The notes beneath the pieces are model-generated. The model did no database searches. It was not told the DNA's origin and saw nothing but the letters and a program-made list of their open reading frames with translations. A stretch of 64,000 nucleotides of DNA from an uncultured Thermodesulfobacteriota bacterium (lineage in GTDB: Bacteria; Desulfobacterota; DSWW01): contig CAYZMM010000001.1 in NCBI GenBank assembly GCA_964479535.1, positions 327,902 through 391,901 on the forward strand. Reading direction: 5' to 3'. The position numbers were made by a program, and so were the translations under genes. Shown here piece by piece: positions 44,964 through 56,800 of this stretch (its first letter is position 1; each line of letters begins with the position of its first letter).

Positions 44964-45257
44964 TTACGCCTGCATCTTCATGATTTCTTCGTAGGCCCGC
45001 ACGATCCGGTTCCGCGCCTCCACCATCAATCGAAACGACGTGTCCGCCTTTTCCATGGCGATCATCGCCTGGTGGACATTCTCGACCTTGCCCGTGGCGA
45101 GTTCGTGGGCCGCCCGGTCCGCCTCCTTCTGCAGGTTGTCCACGCCCTCGATGCAGGACTTGAGGTACTCTTTGAAGCCGGACCCCCGGCTCGCCTGCTT
45201 CGACTCGGGCAGTTCGAGCATCTGCTTTGCCTGGCCGATGTCTTTGATTTGAGGCAT
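44964..45257 (-). CDS. fliE: flagellar hook-basal body protein FliE
   Basis: 97 aa, ...VHQAMIAMEKADTSFRLMVEARNRIVRAYEEIMKMQ. Confidence 0.85.
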   Translation of the reverse strand: MPQIKDIGQAKQMLELPESKQASRGSGFKEYLKSCIEGVDNLQKEADRAAHELATGKVENVHQAMIAMEKADTSFRLMVEARNRIVRAYEEIMKMQA

Positions 45258-45262
45258 CGTTT

Positions 45263-45694
45263 CTACCTCCAGATCTCCAAGGCCTTCTTCATCATTTCCT
45301 TCGAGGCGTTGAAGGTCGTCAGGTTCGCCTCATAGGACCGGAAGGCCTCCATCATGTTGACCATCTCCTCGAATCGCTCCACGTTGGGGAATTCCACGAA
45401 GCCCTGTTCATCCGCATCCGGATGTCCCGGCATGTGCAGACGCCGGAAGGGGCTCGGATCTTCGACCACCCCCACGGTGGCAACCTTGCGCAGCGCCTCC
45501 GTCCCGTCGAAGTCACGGCCGCCCGCCTCCTTCAGCGGCACCGCGGAGAAAAGGATGTCCTTCCTCCGGTAGGTCCGGCCGTTGACCGATCGTGTCGAAC
45601 CCGCATTCGCCAGGTTCGACGCGATCAGTCGCATCCGCCTCATCTGCGCGTCCATCCCGGAAACACTGATTTCGAATCCATCGAATACGCCCAC
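45263..45694 (-). CDS. flgC: flagellar basal-body rod protein FlgC
   Basis: ISVSGMDAQMRRMRLIASNLANAGSTRS...FRSYEANLTTFNASKEMMKKALEI. Confidence 0.9.
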   Translation of the reverse strand: MGVFDGFEISVSGMDAQMRRMRLIASNLANAGSTRSVNGRTYRRKDILFSAVPLKEAGGRDFDGTEALRKVATVGVVEDPSPFRRLHMPGHPDADEQGFVEFPNVERFEEMVNMMEAFRSYEANLTTFNASKEMMKKALEIWR

Positions 45695-45695
45695 A

Positions 45696-46091
45696 TCAGC
45701 CTCCCTGTACCGCGAGTTTGATGGTCTGGAACTTTCGGTGCACGTGTTTCAACAAGGCCTGATAGGTGTAGTTGTTCTCCACCAGACGGGCCATCTCTTC
45801 GGACAGGTTGACCGAGTTTCCGTCCAGGCCCTCGGCCGACGCCTTGACCACCACCGCGTTCGGTGCCCCCCCCGGAAGTCCCGGCAGGTGAACGGAATCG
45901 GTTCTCCGGAGCACCTCTTCGCTCCGGGTGCCGATCTGCTCCATGACCTTCCTGAAGTCCAGATCCCGGGCCAGGTACCCCGGCGTGTCCCGGTTGACGA
46001 CGTTCGAAGAGATCAGACGGTGTCGCCTGACACACCAGTCCAGGGCCGTCGAGGCCCATTTCAGAGACGGGTCGTCCGGAATTCCGCTCAT
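45696..46091 (-). CDS. flgB: flagellar basal-body rod protein FlgB
   Basis: ...RHRLISSNVVNRDTPGY... 131 aa, first gene of operon. Confidence 0.85.
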   Translation of the reverse strand: MSGIPDDPSLKWASTALDWCVRRHRLISSNVVNRDTPGYLARDLDFRKVMEQIGTRSEEVLRRTDSVHLPGLPGGAPNAVVVKASAEGLDGNSVNLSEEMARLVENNYTYQALLKHVHRKFQTIKLAVQGG

Positions 46092-46164
46092 GGGTCTTCA
46101 TCCTTTCCCGGGTCGGCCGACACAACGGTTCGCGCCGGCTCCACTCCGCCGAGGTGTGCAATCA

Positions 46165-46179
46165 GCAATCTCCGTGCCA
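46165..46179 (-). promoter_or_regulatory. sigma-54 promoter (revcomp TGGCACGGAGATTGC) for the flgB-flgC-fliE-fliF-fliG-fliH-fliI-fliJ-ylxF operon
   Basis: Perfect TGGCACG-N4-TTGC; located between the activator gene and flgB. Confidence 0.65.
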
Positions 46180-46227
46180 TGCTTCTGCCCGTGGATCGAG
46201 GCAAATGAGCCCCTGATCGAGCCGAAC

Positions 46228-47580
<1,353 letters not shown>

Positions 47581-48782
47581 CGTACGCTTCCTCCTGTTGA
47601 CAAGGCAGGGACATCACGAAACAGGACCCGGTCCCCACCCGGCTCTCGACTTCCACGATCCCCCCGTGACTCTCCACGATGTTGTTCACGATGGCGAGGC
47701 CGAGACCCGTCCCCTGGGACTTGGTCGTGAAAAAGGGATCGAAGATCCGGTCCAGTTTCTCCTCCGGAATGCCCTTCCCGTCGTCCTGAACGAACACCTT
47801 CATCACCGCAGAGCCGCGCCACACCCCGGCGGACTCCTCCTGCTTCACCGTCCCGATCCGGAGGCATCCTCCGGCGTCCATCCCCTCCACGGCATTCACG
47901 ATCAGATTCAGCAGGGCCTGCCGCAAAAGGATGCGGTCCCCCATGACGCTGCACCCCTGTTCGGCATAGTCCTGCTGTACGCGAACCCGGTGCTCCCGAA
48001 GCAACGGTCCCGTGAAGTCGAGGGCTTCCCCGACCAGCACCGGAATCTCCAGTGGTTCCCACCTCGGATCGATCCCCTTGGCGAAGTTGAGGAGGTTGGA
48101 AAGGGTCTGGGTAACCGTGCGGACCCCGGAAGCGAGCCTGCCTGCCAGGGCATACAGGGAAGGGTTTCCCTCCAGCTCCTCCAGGAGCATCGCTGCATTC
48201 AGTTCCATGCTTCCCAGGGGGTTCCGGATCTCGTGGGCGATCCTTGCACCCATCTCGCCCATGGAGCTGAGTCGTTTCTGTCTGTCGGCCAGGGCCTTCC
48301 ACCTTCCGATCTCGGTGATGTCCTCGATCAGGATCACCCATCCGCAGCCGCCTGTGCCGCATCCGTTCAAGGAAGAAACGGAGCAGCTGTAGAGTTTGCG
48401 CCCTTTTCGCCGTTCCAGGGACGCGCCCGACCGGAGGGGGATCTCCTGCAGGATCTCGAAGGCGCCGTGCCTTGCACCGAGGAGTTCCGTCTCCTTCTTC
48501 TCGAGGAACCCGCTCGCCTTCTGATTGGCAAGGCGAATCCGGCCCGCCTCGTCCGTGACCAGGATACCTACCGGCAGGTTCTGCAGAATCCCTTCCAGAA
48601 AGCCTTCCAGCCGTTCCTGCTCCTGCAGAGACACGACGAGCTTTGCATTCTTCTCGACCAGTTCCTGTTTCAGTGCTTCCGCCTGGTCCCTGAGCCTCTC
48701 GTAGGAACGCTCCATCTTCTTCGAAACGGACGTCAACATGTGAAAGGCCTGCTTGAGTTCCGCAAGCTCGAAGGACTGGGAA

Positions 48783-50642
48783 CTAGTAACCATACCCCTT
48801 CCCTCTGAGGCGCCCGATGAGATGGTCTGCATCGAGGATTTCTCCCACTACGTTCGATTCTTCATCCTTCGGCATTCTGCCCAGCAGGGTGCGGGCTTCG
48901 CCAGGGCTGCCGGTTCTTGCAAGGCAAAGGGCCTCCATCGGTTCGGCCGAGGGGTCCGGTTCGCCTCCGTCTCCGACTCTCGCCTGACGAAAGCACTGCA
49001 GGGCCTCCTGAAACCTTCCCTGCCGGTAGTTCAACTGCGCAAGCAGATGGAGCAGATGCCGCCTCTTCTCCTCGGAGAAGACCGCCTTCTCCATGGCGGT
49101 CTCGAGATGTTCGATCGCCAGGGCCTCCATTCCCATGGAGGCCTCGACCTTGGCCAGTGTGATCAGCATGGACGGGTCGTCGATCCGTCCTATCCCCCGC
49201 AGGCACCGCTTCGCCTCCGCCAGTCGGTTCTGTCGGGCATGTACGCACGCCAGCAGGAGCCTTGCGTCGTTTCTGCGCTCCTCTGTCTTGGTGCCCAAGA
49301 AGCGCTCCAAAAGGGTCCGGGCCACCGGGTATTCCCCGCATCTCCAGGCGAGCCGGGCCCCATGGAACAGGGCTTCCGGGTCTTCGGAAAGGCGGCTGTA
49401 GACAGCGAGAGCCGCACCCTTCAGCCCCGCCTCTTCGTAGGCCTGGCCGATGAGGAGTTGAACCTCCTGTCGCAGGCTCCCCTGGTGATCCCTCCATTTT
49501 TCCGCGAGCATCAACAGCTCTTCGTGGGCGTCCTCCTGCCACAGGCGCTGGATCCCCTCTTCCATGGCCTTCGCCGTCCTCCTGTCCAGCCCTTCCCGCC
49601 AGTAAACCGGAAGAACCAGGCCCTTGCCTTCTTCCGCCAGGCGGAGGGACTCGGCCCATTGCTTCAGCTGGGTATTGAGCGCCATCAGGTAATTCAGGGC
49701 GATCCCCTTCCAGGTGTCCCGGCGGGTGGTCCGAAGCAGGTGCTCGAGGCTCTCCCGCGCCTCTTTCACTTCCCCCCGCCGCGCCCTGTATTCTGCCATT
49801 CCGAGCAGGCCGAGAGGGGACGCTTCCTTGGCCAGCGATTCGTACAGGGGTTCCGCTTCCGCCCACTTCTCCAGGGCGACGGTGCAGTCCGCCAGACCCA
49901 GGACCCCGAAATCGCGAAGGGCGGACCATGGGGAATGCATGACCACACGAAAGACGTTTCGTGCATCCTCGTAGCGGCCGGTCCGGAGCAGAACGTGCCC
50001 GGCAATGCCTTCGATGTTCGCCACCAGGTGCCAGTGGGTGCCCCCTTCCCTTAACCTCTCCAGGGCCTCGTCAACCTCCTGATCGATTGCGGCCAGGATG
50101 CCGTCGACCAGCGTGAGCAGGTGGTCGTCCGCCGCGTCGTGCTTGCTCGAAAGACGAAGAAGAAGGCTCTTCGCCTCTGCAAACCTTCCCATCGCCACGT
50201 CCGCTTTCATCATTCCGACCCTTGGGCGGCAACCCTGCACCGAGTCCGGGCAACCCTTTTCCGCCGCCGTCATGTATTCCGCCAGGGCTTCGGGAAGAAA
50301 GCCCGCGGCGAGGTTCTTCTCTCCCCTGCGGCAGCGTCCCGCACAGTCGATCGCTCCCTCCTCGGCGCCGCCGTCCCTTTCTTGCTCCGTCTCGTCGTAG
50401 GGAGAGAAGGAGGTGTCCGCCCGGAAGAGGTAACCCGGGAGAAAGGTTTTCAGGTATTCATGCCTCCAGACCTGCGACATGGCCTCGAGGGAACGGAAGG
50501 ATGGGGCGCCGGCCCCCTTTGAGGGCATCTCCCCGTCGACACGGTCAGGATCTCCGCCCGTCTTCGCCGTGACGCTCGTAGCGAAGAGGAGACCGCACAT
50601 TGCGATCCAAACAAGGCCGCCCGATCCAGGCTTATGCTTCAT
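48783..50642 (-). CDS. secreted TPR-repeat protein (first gene of TPR-HK-RR operon)
   Basis: Signal peptide MKHKPGSGGLVWIAMCGLLFATSVTA from ATG 50642; multiple TPR-like helical repeats. ORF-track N-terminal 43 aa unlikely. Confidence 0.7.
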   Translation of the reverse strand: MKHKPGSGGLVWIAMCGLLFATSVTAKTGGDPDRVDGEMPSKGAGAPSFRSLEAMSQVWRHEYLKTFLPGYLFRADTSFSPYDETEQERDGGAEEGAIDCAGRCRRGEKNLAAGFLPEALAEYMTAAEKGCPDSVQGCRPRVGMMKADVAMGRFAEAKSLLLRLSSKHDAADDHLLTLVDGILAAIDQEVDEALERLREGGTHWHLVANIEGIAGHVLLRTGRYEDARNVFRVVMHSPWSALRDFGVLGLADCTVALEKWAEAEPLYESLAKEASPLGLLGMAEYRARRGEVKEARESLEHLLRTTRRDTWKGIALNYLMALNTQLKQWAESLRLAEEGKGLVLPVYWREGLDRRTAKAMEEGIQRLWQEDAHEELLMLAEKWRDHQGSLRQEVQLLIGQAYEEAGLKGAALAVYSRLSEDPEALFHGARLAWRCGEYPVARTLLERFLGTKTEERRNDARLLLACVHARQNRLAEAKRCLRGIGRIDDPSMLITLAKVEASMGMEALAIEHLETAMEKAVFSEEKRRHLLHLLAQLNYRQGRFQEALQCFRQARVGDGGEPDPSAEPMEALCLARTGSPGEARTLLGRMPKDEESNVVGEILDADHLIGRLRGKGYGY

Positions 50643-50767
50643 GGGCTCGGTTCCGCTCGCAGGGACCCTCCTGCGGCTCGAAAAGGGCTCTCTGGTTTTC
50701 ACGCCCCGCAGCAAACGGCCCGCTCCGGGACCGCGGCGCGACGCACTCTCGCCGACTCCAGGGTTTA

Positions 50768-50782
50768 GCAACTTCTGTGCCC
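50768..50782 (-). promoter_or_regulatory. sigma-54 promoter (revcomp GGGCACAGAAGTTGC) upstream of TPR-HK-RR operon
   Basis: GGCAC-N6-TTGC with consensus spacing, ~125 nt upstream of the TPR gene start. Confidence 0.5.
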
Positions 50783-50864
50783 GTAGGGTGCTTGAGTGAA
50801 AAGTTTTTCTAGAATAGAGGGTTGTGACGGTCCGGGATTCGGGGGAGAGTCAATAGAATGACGA

Positions 50865-50893
50865 GAAGAAACAAAAAACCGTCCCTTGCGGTT
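50865..50893 (-). terminator. putative intrinsic terminator after GGDEF gene (stem AACCG/CGGTT, loop CAAGGGA, then TTTTTTGTTTCTTC on transcript)
   Basis: Short stem overlapping the stop codon followed by T-rich tract. Confidence 0.35.
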
Positions 50894-51978
50894 CAAGTGC
50901 CGGAGGCGGCGGCCGGAGCCTCGAGGAGATCCCTCTCGGACACGACCCTGTTGCGTCCGCTTCGCTTTGCGTGATACAGGGCCTGGTCCGCCCGTTCCAC
51001 CACGGAGTCGATCGTGTCGTCCTCGCGGACTTCCGCGACGCCGCTGCTGACGGTGATCGCGCCGATGGTGGTCTGGGTCCTCGCAACCTTCAGGGTCTTG
51101 CTGGAGACCTGCCTGCGAAGGCTCTCGGCCAGCTGGCATGCGCCCTCGCACGAAGTGGCGGGCAGCAGGATGATGAACTCCTCTCCACCGTATCGCGCCG
51201 GTACGTCTCTTCCCTTCACCGAGGCGCTGATCGTCTGGCCGAGGAACTCCAGCACGGAATCCCCCACCTTGTGCCCGTAGGTGTCGTTCACCCTCTTGAA
51301 GAAGTCGATGTCCATCATGATGACGCTGAAAGGGACGCCCTCGGCTTTGTAATGCTCATAGAAGGCCCGGAGCGCTCTGTCCAGGTATTTTCGGTTGTAC
51401 AGCCGGGTCAGCACATCCCGGATGGCCTCCCGCTCCGCCTGCTCCAGCTTCAGACGAAGCTCGTTTCCCTCCTGCTTCGCCTTCTCCAGCTGCTGCATCA
51501 GCTCCGAGTTGGAGCGCTCGACTTTTCGGGTGTCCAGAATCACCTCTTCGATCAAGGACTTGAGGGTGTCCTGGTCCATGTCGCCCCGTTCCAGACGGGC
51601 TGCGAACACGCTCAGCCGCTGGGAGTAGTCCTGGGTGACCGTCCCGGTGGCGATCAGGCCCTCCAGCGCCTCCTTGAGCATCCTGAAGGTGGCCTGGGAA
51701 ACCTCTTCGAGCAATTTCCGCTGGTTGTCTGCACCGAAGTACTTCTCATAAAGCGAACGGCTCTTCTCTTCGTCGAAGGTGCCTCCTTCGGACAGAATGC
51801 CGTCCATCTCCTCGCTCAGTTCCGGCATGCTTCCGGTTGTGTACTCGTACCAGACCTGATAATTCTCCGGCGACATGGGGATCCCTTGCCGGCTCATGGT
51901 CAGTAGGACCTTTCGAGCCACTTCCATGACGTACTCGGAACACCCTGCCCCGGTTTCACTGCCAGTAGAAGCACTCAC
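50893..51978 (-). CDS. diguanylate cyclase (GGDEF domain) with N-terminal coiled-coil region
   Basis: RYGGEEFIILLP active-site motif, FSVIMMDIDFFKRVNDTYGH, C-terminal ...ALYHAKRSGRNRVV. Confidence 0.85.
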   Translation of the reverse strand: MSASTGSETGAGCSEYVMEVARKVLLTMSRQGIPMSPENYQVWYEYTTGSMPELSEEMDGILSEGGTFDEEKSRSLYEKYFGADNQRKLLEEVSQATFRMLKEALEGLIATGTVTQDYSQRLSVFAARLERGDMDQDTLKSLIEEVILDTRKVERSNSELMQQLEKAKQEGNELRLKLEQAEREAIRDVLTRLYNRKYLDRALRAFYEHYKAEGVPFSVIMMDIDFFKRVNDTYGHKVGDSVLEFLGQTISASVKGRDVPARYGGEEFIILLPATSCEGACQLAESLRRQVSSKTLKVARTQTTIGAITVSSGVAEVREDDTIDSVVERADQALYHAKRSGRNRVVSERDLLEAPAAASGT

Positions 51979-52257
51979 TTCGTCTTCACTCCTCGAAACG
52001 GTTTTCTTCCTCCGCCTTCGGCCGGATTCATCTACTTACTCATTTCGATCGGTTCGTGAAAGTACTTTAGCCCCGGGCGCACATTTTTCCGGAAGCAAGC
52101 GCGCCGAAGACTGCGAGCGTGGGGGAGCAAGCGTCGGCCGGGCACGGGCCTCCTCGCCTTTGACAGGGTTTTTTCCTCTTCGTTAGACTCTTCCGGATGG
52201 ATCCCTGGAAGGCCTCATGCAGGTCGGGTGCTGATCCGGGGTCGGAGGGAACGGGCA

Positions 52258-53844
52258 ATGAGCCTCCTGGACGGGTCGGTCGTCGTCGCATACCTGTCCG
52301 CCATGATCGGGCTGAGCGTCTACCTGGGCAGGTCCCAGTCCAGCGAAGTGGATTACTTCGTGGGGGGGCGCAGACTGCCGTGGTGGGCCATCGGCCTGTC
52401 GACCATGGCGACCCAGACGTCCGCCATCAGCTTCATCTCCATCCCCGCCTTTGTGGCGTTGCGACCCGGCGGAGGTCTGACCTGGCTCCAGTACGAACTC
52501 GCCGTTCCGCTCTCGGTGGCCCTGGTCATGGGCTTGTTCCTTCCCTTCTTCCGGAGGCTTCAGCTGGTGAGCGTGTACGAATACCTCGAATACCGCTTCA
52601 GCCCTTCCGTGCGAACCCTGGTCAGCCTGATCTTCCTGGTGAGCCGGGGCCTCGGCACGGGCGTCGCCGTCTATGCGAGCGCCATCGTTCTGTCCGTCTG
52701 TCTCGGCCTTCCCCTCTGGACGACCATTCTGATCATCGGCATCGTTACCCTCGTCTATGACACACTCGGCGGGATCTCGGCCGTGGTCTACTCGGACGTC
52801 ATTCAGATGGTCATCCTGGTCGCCGGCATCCTGCTCTGCCTGGTCTACGCGGTGGGCGATCTCGGGGGCATCGAGGCCGCACTGCACTCCTTGCCGAAAG
52901 AACGACTTCGCGCCATCGATGTGAGCACCGGATTGGGCGACGGTGGAGCCGTACCGCTCTGGGCCTTCCTGGTCGGCGGGTTCTTTCTCTACGCCTCCTA
53001 TTACGGCACCGACCAGAGTCAGGTCCAGCGTGAATTGTCCGCCGCTACAGCGGATGAAACGAGGCTTTCCCTGATGTTCAACGGGTTTGCCCGTTTTCCC
53101 CTCACCGTCCTTTACGCGGCCCTGGGCCTCGTCGTCGGCGCCGTCTACGGCCTCTCGCCCGAGTTGCGCGCAAACATTCCCGGGGACAGACCGGACTATT
53201 TGATTCCCCAGTTCATTCTCCTTCATCTTCCCCCGGGGATACGGGCCATTCTCTTTTCGGCCATCCTCGCCTCCGCCATGTCGAGTCTGGACTCGGCCCT
53301 GAACTCCCTCTCCGCCTCCACCCTTCGAGACTTCATCAAGCCCCGTGGGAAGGACGCCCGATCGGTCCTGATCCTCAGCAAGCTCACGACGGTCGCCTGG
53401 GGAACTGTGGTCACCGCCTTCGCCTTCCTGGTCGGCCGGATATCGCCGACCGTCATCGAATCCATCAACAAGATCGGATCCGCCTTCTTCGGGCCCATCC
53501 TCGGCGCCTTTCTGGTTGGGGTGCTGTCCGTGAAGGGCACCTCGGCCGGGGTCCTCGCCGGCATCCTTGCGGGCGTGATCCTGAACCTCGCTCTCTGGTT
53601 CCTCGTCCCGGTCGTTCACTGGATGTGGTGGAACTGTTTCGGATGCCTGACGACCGTCGGCGTGGCTCTCCTGGTCAGCACCATACACCCCTCCGCCCCA
53701 GCGAAGAGGGCGCGGCATTACGTGCTCCGCGGCACGGGTCTGCTGCGGGCAGAGCGCCGCCGGCTTCCAGCCTATCTGTCGCTGGCCGTCTACTTCCTCC
53801 TGATACTCGCCTTGCTCTCCTTCTCGGGAACCTTCAACCACTGA
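52258..53844 (+). CDS. sodium:solute symporter family (SSF) transporter
   Basis: ~13 TM segments. ATG at 52258 with GGAGGG SD (ORF track starts 52228). Confidence 0.85.
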   Translation: MSLLDGSVVVAYLSAMIGLSVYLGRSQSSEVDYFVGGRRLPWWAIGLSTMATQTSAISFISIPAFVALRPGGGLTWLQYELAVPLSVALVMGLFLPFFRRLQLVSVYEYLEYRFSPSVRTLVSLIFLVSRGLGTGVAVYASAIVLSVCLGLPLWTTILIIGIVTLVYDTLGGISAVVYSDVIQMVILVAGILLCLVYAVGDLGGIEAALHSLPKERLRAIDVSTGLGDGGAVPLWAFLVGGFFLYASYYGTDQSQVQRELSAATADETRLSLMFNGFARFPLTVLYAALGLVVGAVYGLSPELRANIPGDRPDYLIPQFILLHLPPGIRAILFSAILASAMSSLDSALNSLSASTLRDFIKPRGKDARSVLILSKLTTVAWGTVVTAFAFLVGRISPTVIESINKIGSAFFGPILGAFLVGVLSVKGTSAGVLAGILAGVILNLALWFLVPVVHWMWWNCFGCLTTVGVALLVSTIHPSAPAKRARHYVLRGTGLLRAERRRLPAYLSLAVYFLLILALLSFSGTFNH

Positions 53845-53879
53845 CGCCGGCATCAAAACCGCAAGGAAAGGAGTGTCCA

Positions 53880-56800
53880 TTGTACACGGAACAGGCCGGA
53901 GACCACGAGGGCGGTGCCCTCCGCTTCGAGGGCTTGGAAATCGGGGCCGTCTCGGTCAAGTGGGTGGGCCGGGCTTCTTCGGGAACCTCCAGCATCGAAG
54001 TGGAGCGCCATGAAGGCAACCCGCGAGAGACGACGAGGAGGATCCTCGCCCGGCAGGAGGCAGGACCGTCGTCTCGCATGGTGGTCACCGGTCAGCCCGC
54101 CAGGCTCCTCATGGACCTGCCCTACCGCCCGGAAACGGAGTGCATCGAACGGGCCCTCTCCCATCACGGCCTGAAACCGGACATGCTTCTCTCCCTCGGC
54201 GGAGAGACCTTCAGCGTCTACCCGCTGAAGGAGGGAGCCGTGAGGAACGTGATCTCCACCTCCAAGTGTGCCGCCGGTACGGGGGAGTTCATCGTCCAGC
54301 AGTTTCAACGAATGGGCATGACCCTGGAGAGAGGCCTGGCAGAGGCCCGCTCCGGAAGCCTCGTACAGATGGCGACCCGATGCTCGGTCCACTGCAAGTC
54401 GGACGCCACCCATAAGCTGAACAAGGGCGAGTGCGGTCCCGGTGATATTGCTCGATCCCTGGTGAACGATCTTGCGAAGAAGGTGAGCGAACTCGTTGAA
54501 CGGACTCAGTGGCCGGTCGGTTCGATCGTGCTCTGCGGGGGGGTCTGCAGGAACGGCCTCTTCGTGGAGCGTCTGCGAGGATTCCTGCACCGGTCGGAAG
54601 TGATCATCCTCGAGGAAAGCCCCTATCTGGAGGCCTTCGGGGCCAGCCTTTTCGCCTCCGACCCCCCCCACGACCCCTCCCCGTCCTCGCCTGCCGGACG
54701 GTTCCGAACCGCCAGGCCCACCTTCTCCAGGTTGAAACCCCTGGCCGAGGCGGAACCCCTGCTCGACTTCAGGGTGGGTTCGGGGCAACGAGACGCTGTT
54801 CAAGAAGGAGGAACGTACGTCCTCGGCATCGATGCGGGGTCGACCACCACCAAGGCCGTGCTCTTCAACCGCGACGACGGCTCCATCGGTGCGAGCGCCT
54901 ATCTTCGTACCCTCGGAAACCCGGTTCGGGCAACACGGGCGTGCCTGGAGCAGCTGATCGAAGAGGTGGGCGAGGCCTCCATCGCCATGGTTCAGGCCGG
55001 CGTGACCGGTTCGGGCAGGGAACTGGTCTCTGTCTATCTCGACAACTGTCCCAGCTTCAATGAGATCCTGGCCCACGCCCGTGCCGCTGCGGAGGAGGTC
55101 GCGGATGTGGACACCGTCTTCGAGATCGGCGGCCAGGACTCCAAGTATATTTCCTTTCTCGACGGAGTCCCGGTGGACTACGCCATGAACGAAGGGTGCT
55201 CGGCCGGCACGGGGAGCTTCGTCGAGGAGTCCGCCTCTGTGGACATGGGTGTGCCCATGGAGCAGATCAGCGACATGGCCGCGGCAAGCCTGCAACCCAT
55301 CGCCTTCGGCGAGCGATGTGCCGCCTTCATCAACACCGACTTGAGGAACGCCCTGCAACAGGGGGTGCCCCGCGAGGATGTGATCGGCGGATTGGTCTAC
55401 TCGGTTGCGGACAACTACCTCTCCCGAATCGTCGGCGGGCGCCACGTAGGCGGGAACCTCCTCTTCCTCGGTGGTGTCGCCCTGAATCGTTCCGTCGCCC
55501 TCGCCATGGCGGCCCGCACCCGGAGGAGGTTGGTCGTGCCCCCTCGCCCCGAGCTCATGGGCTGTGTCGGCGTGGCTCACATGCTCCTCGACAGGCTTCG
55601 GGAACAGGAACTGCCAGAGCGACCCATGGCGCTGGCGTCCCTCCTGCAAAGCGGGATGGAGGCGAAAGAACCGTTCCGGTGCTCATCGTGCGAGAACAGC
55701 TGTGAGATCCGGCGGATCCATGTCCGTGGCAGGACGTATCCCTTCGGAGGGCTCTGCTCCAAGTATGAAATCCTGCGACATCGGGGGACCTCCGGGGAGG
55801 ACGGCAGAGACCTGGTAGCCCTCCGCAACCGCCTGATGTTCGAGGAGTACGGACCCGATGCCGCGCATACGGGTCGAGGCACCATCGGCATCCCCATGGC
55901 CCTGACCACCTACTCTCTCTTCCCCTTCTACGTGAAGCTCATCCAGGAGCTGGGCTATGAAGCGGTTCTGTCCAGGCCGTCGAAGTCGGGCGAGACGAAG
56001 CGGACCGCCTCGATCTGCTATCCCTGCGAGATCATGCACGGCGCGGTGCATGATCTGTTCGAACGCAAAGTCGGCTACGTACTGCTTCCCCATGTGATCG
56101 AGATGGACGGACCGGAGCGATCCCTTCACGACTACACGTGCCCATCCACTACCCAGATTCCGGACATCATAAGAGCCGCTTTCGACTCGACGACGGAACG
56201 TTTGCTCGCTCCCCACATGGGCCTTTCGGAGCCCCTCAGGAACACCACGGTGAAGGAGGTCGGCAGGCTTGGCCCGAGACTCGGACTGCACGAAGCGCAG
56301 GCGCGCGAAGCGGCCGAAGTGGCGCTGGCCCATTACGACCGGTTCCGGCAGGCATGCCTCGAAGAGACGCAAGAGGCCTTGAGAGGCCTCGGAGAGGAAC
56401 CGACCGTCATCCTCGCGGGCCGGCCCTATACGATCTGTTCCTCGGAGGTGAATCTCTCCCTGCCGAGGAAGATCGCCAGCAGGGGGTACCACGTCGTCTC
56501 CGCCGACATGCTGCCCCGGCTGGACGATGCATCCCCTCCGAGAGACGTCTGGCACTTCACGCAGCAGATCAGCAACGCAGTCGCCCACGTTCGGCAGAAC
56601 CGCCATCTGTATCTTTGCCTGGTCTCATGCTTCTCCTGCGGCCCGGACAGCAGCATGTACCATTTCTTTCGCCACCGGCTTGCAGGGCGAACCTTCTGCT
56701 ATCTCGAGATCGACTCCCACACCGCTCACGCCGGCTTCGAGACACGCCTCGGGGCCTTCCTGGACCTCATCGAAGAGCAGCACCGCAGGAGTGAGCGGCC

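Noticed and set aside
52040-52070. sigma-28-like element TAAAGTAC-N8-ACCGATCG upstream of the GGDEF gene
   Set aside because: Spacer is 3 nt shorter than in the two good sigma-28 promoters; kept only as a weak hypothesis inside the c-di-GMP finding.
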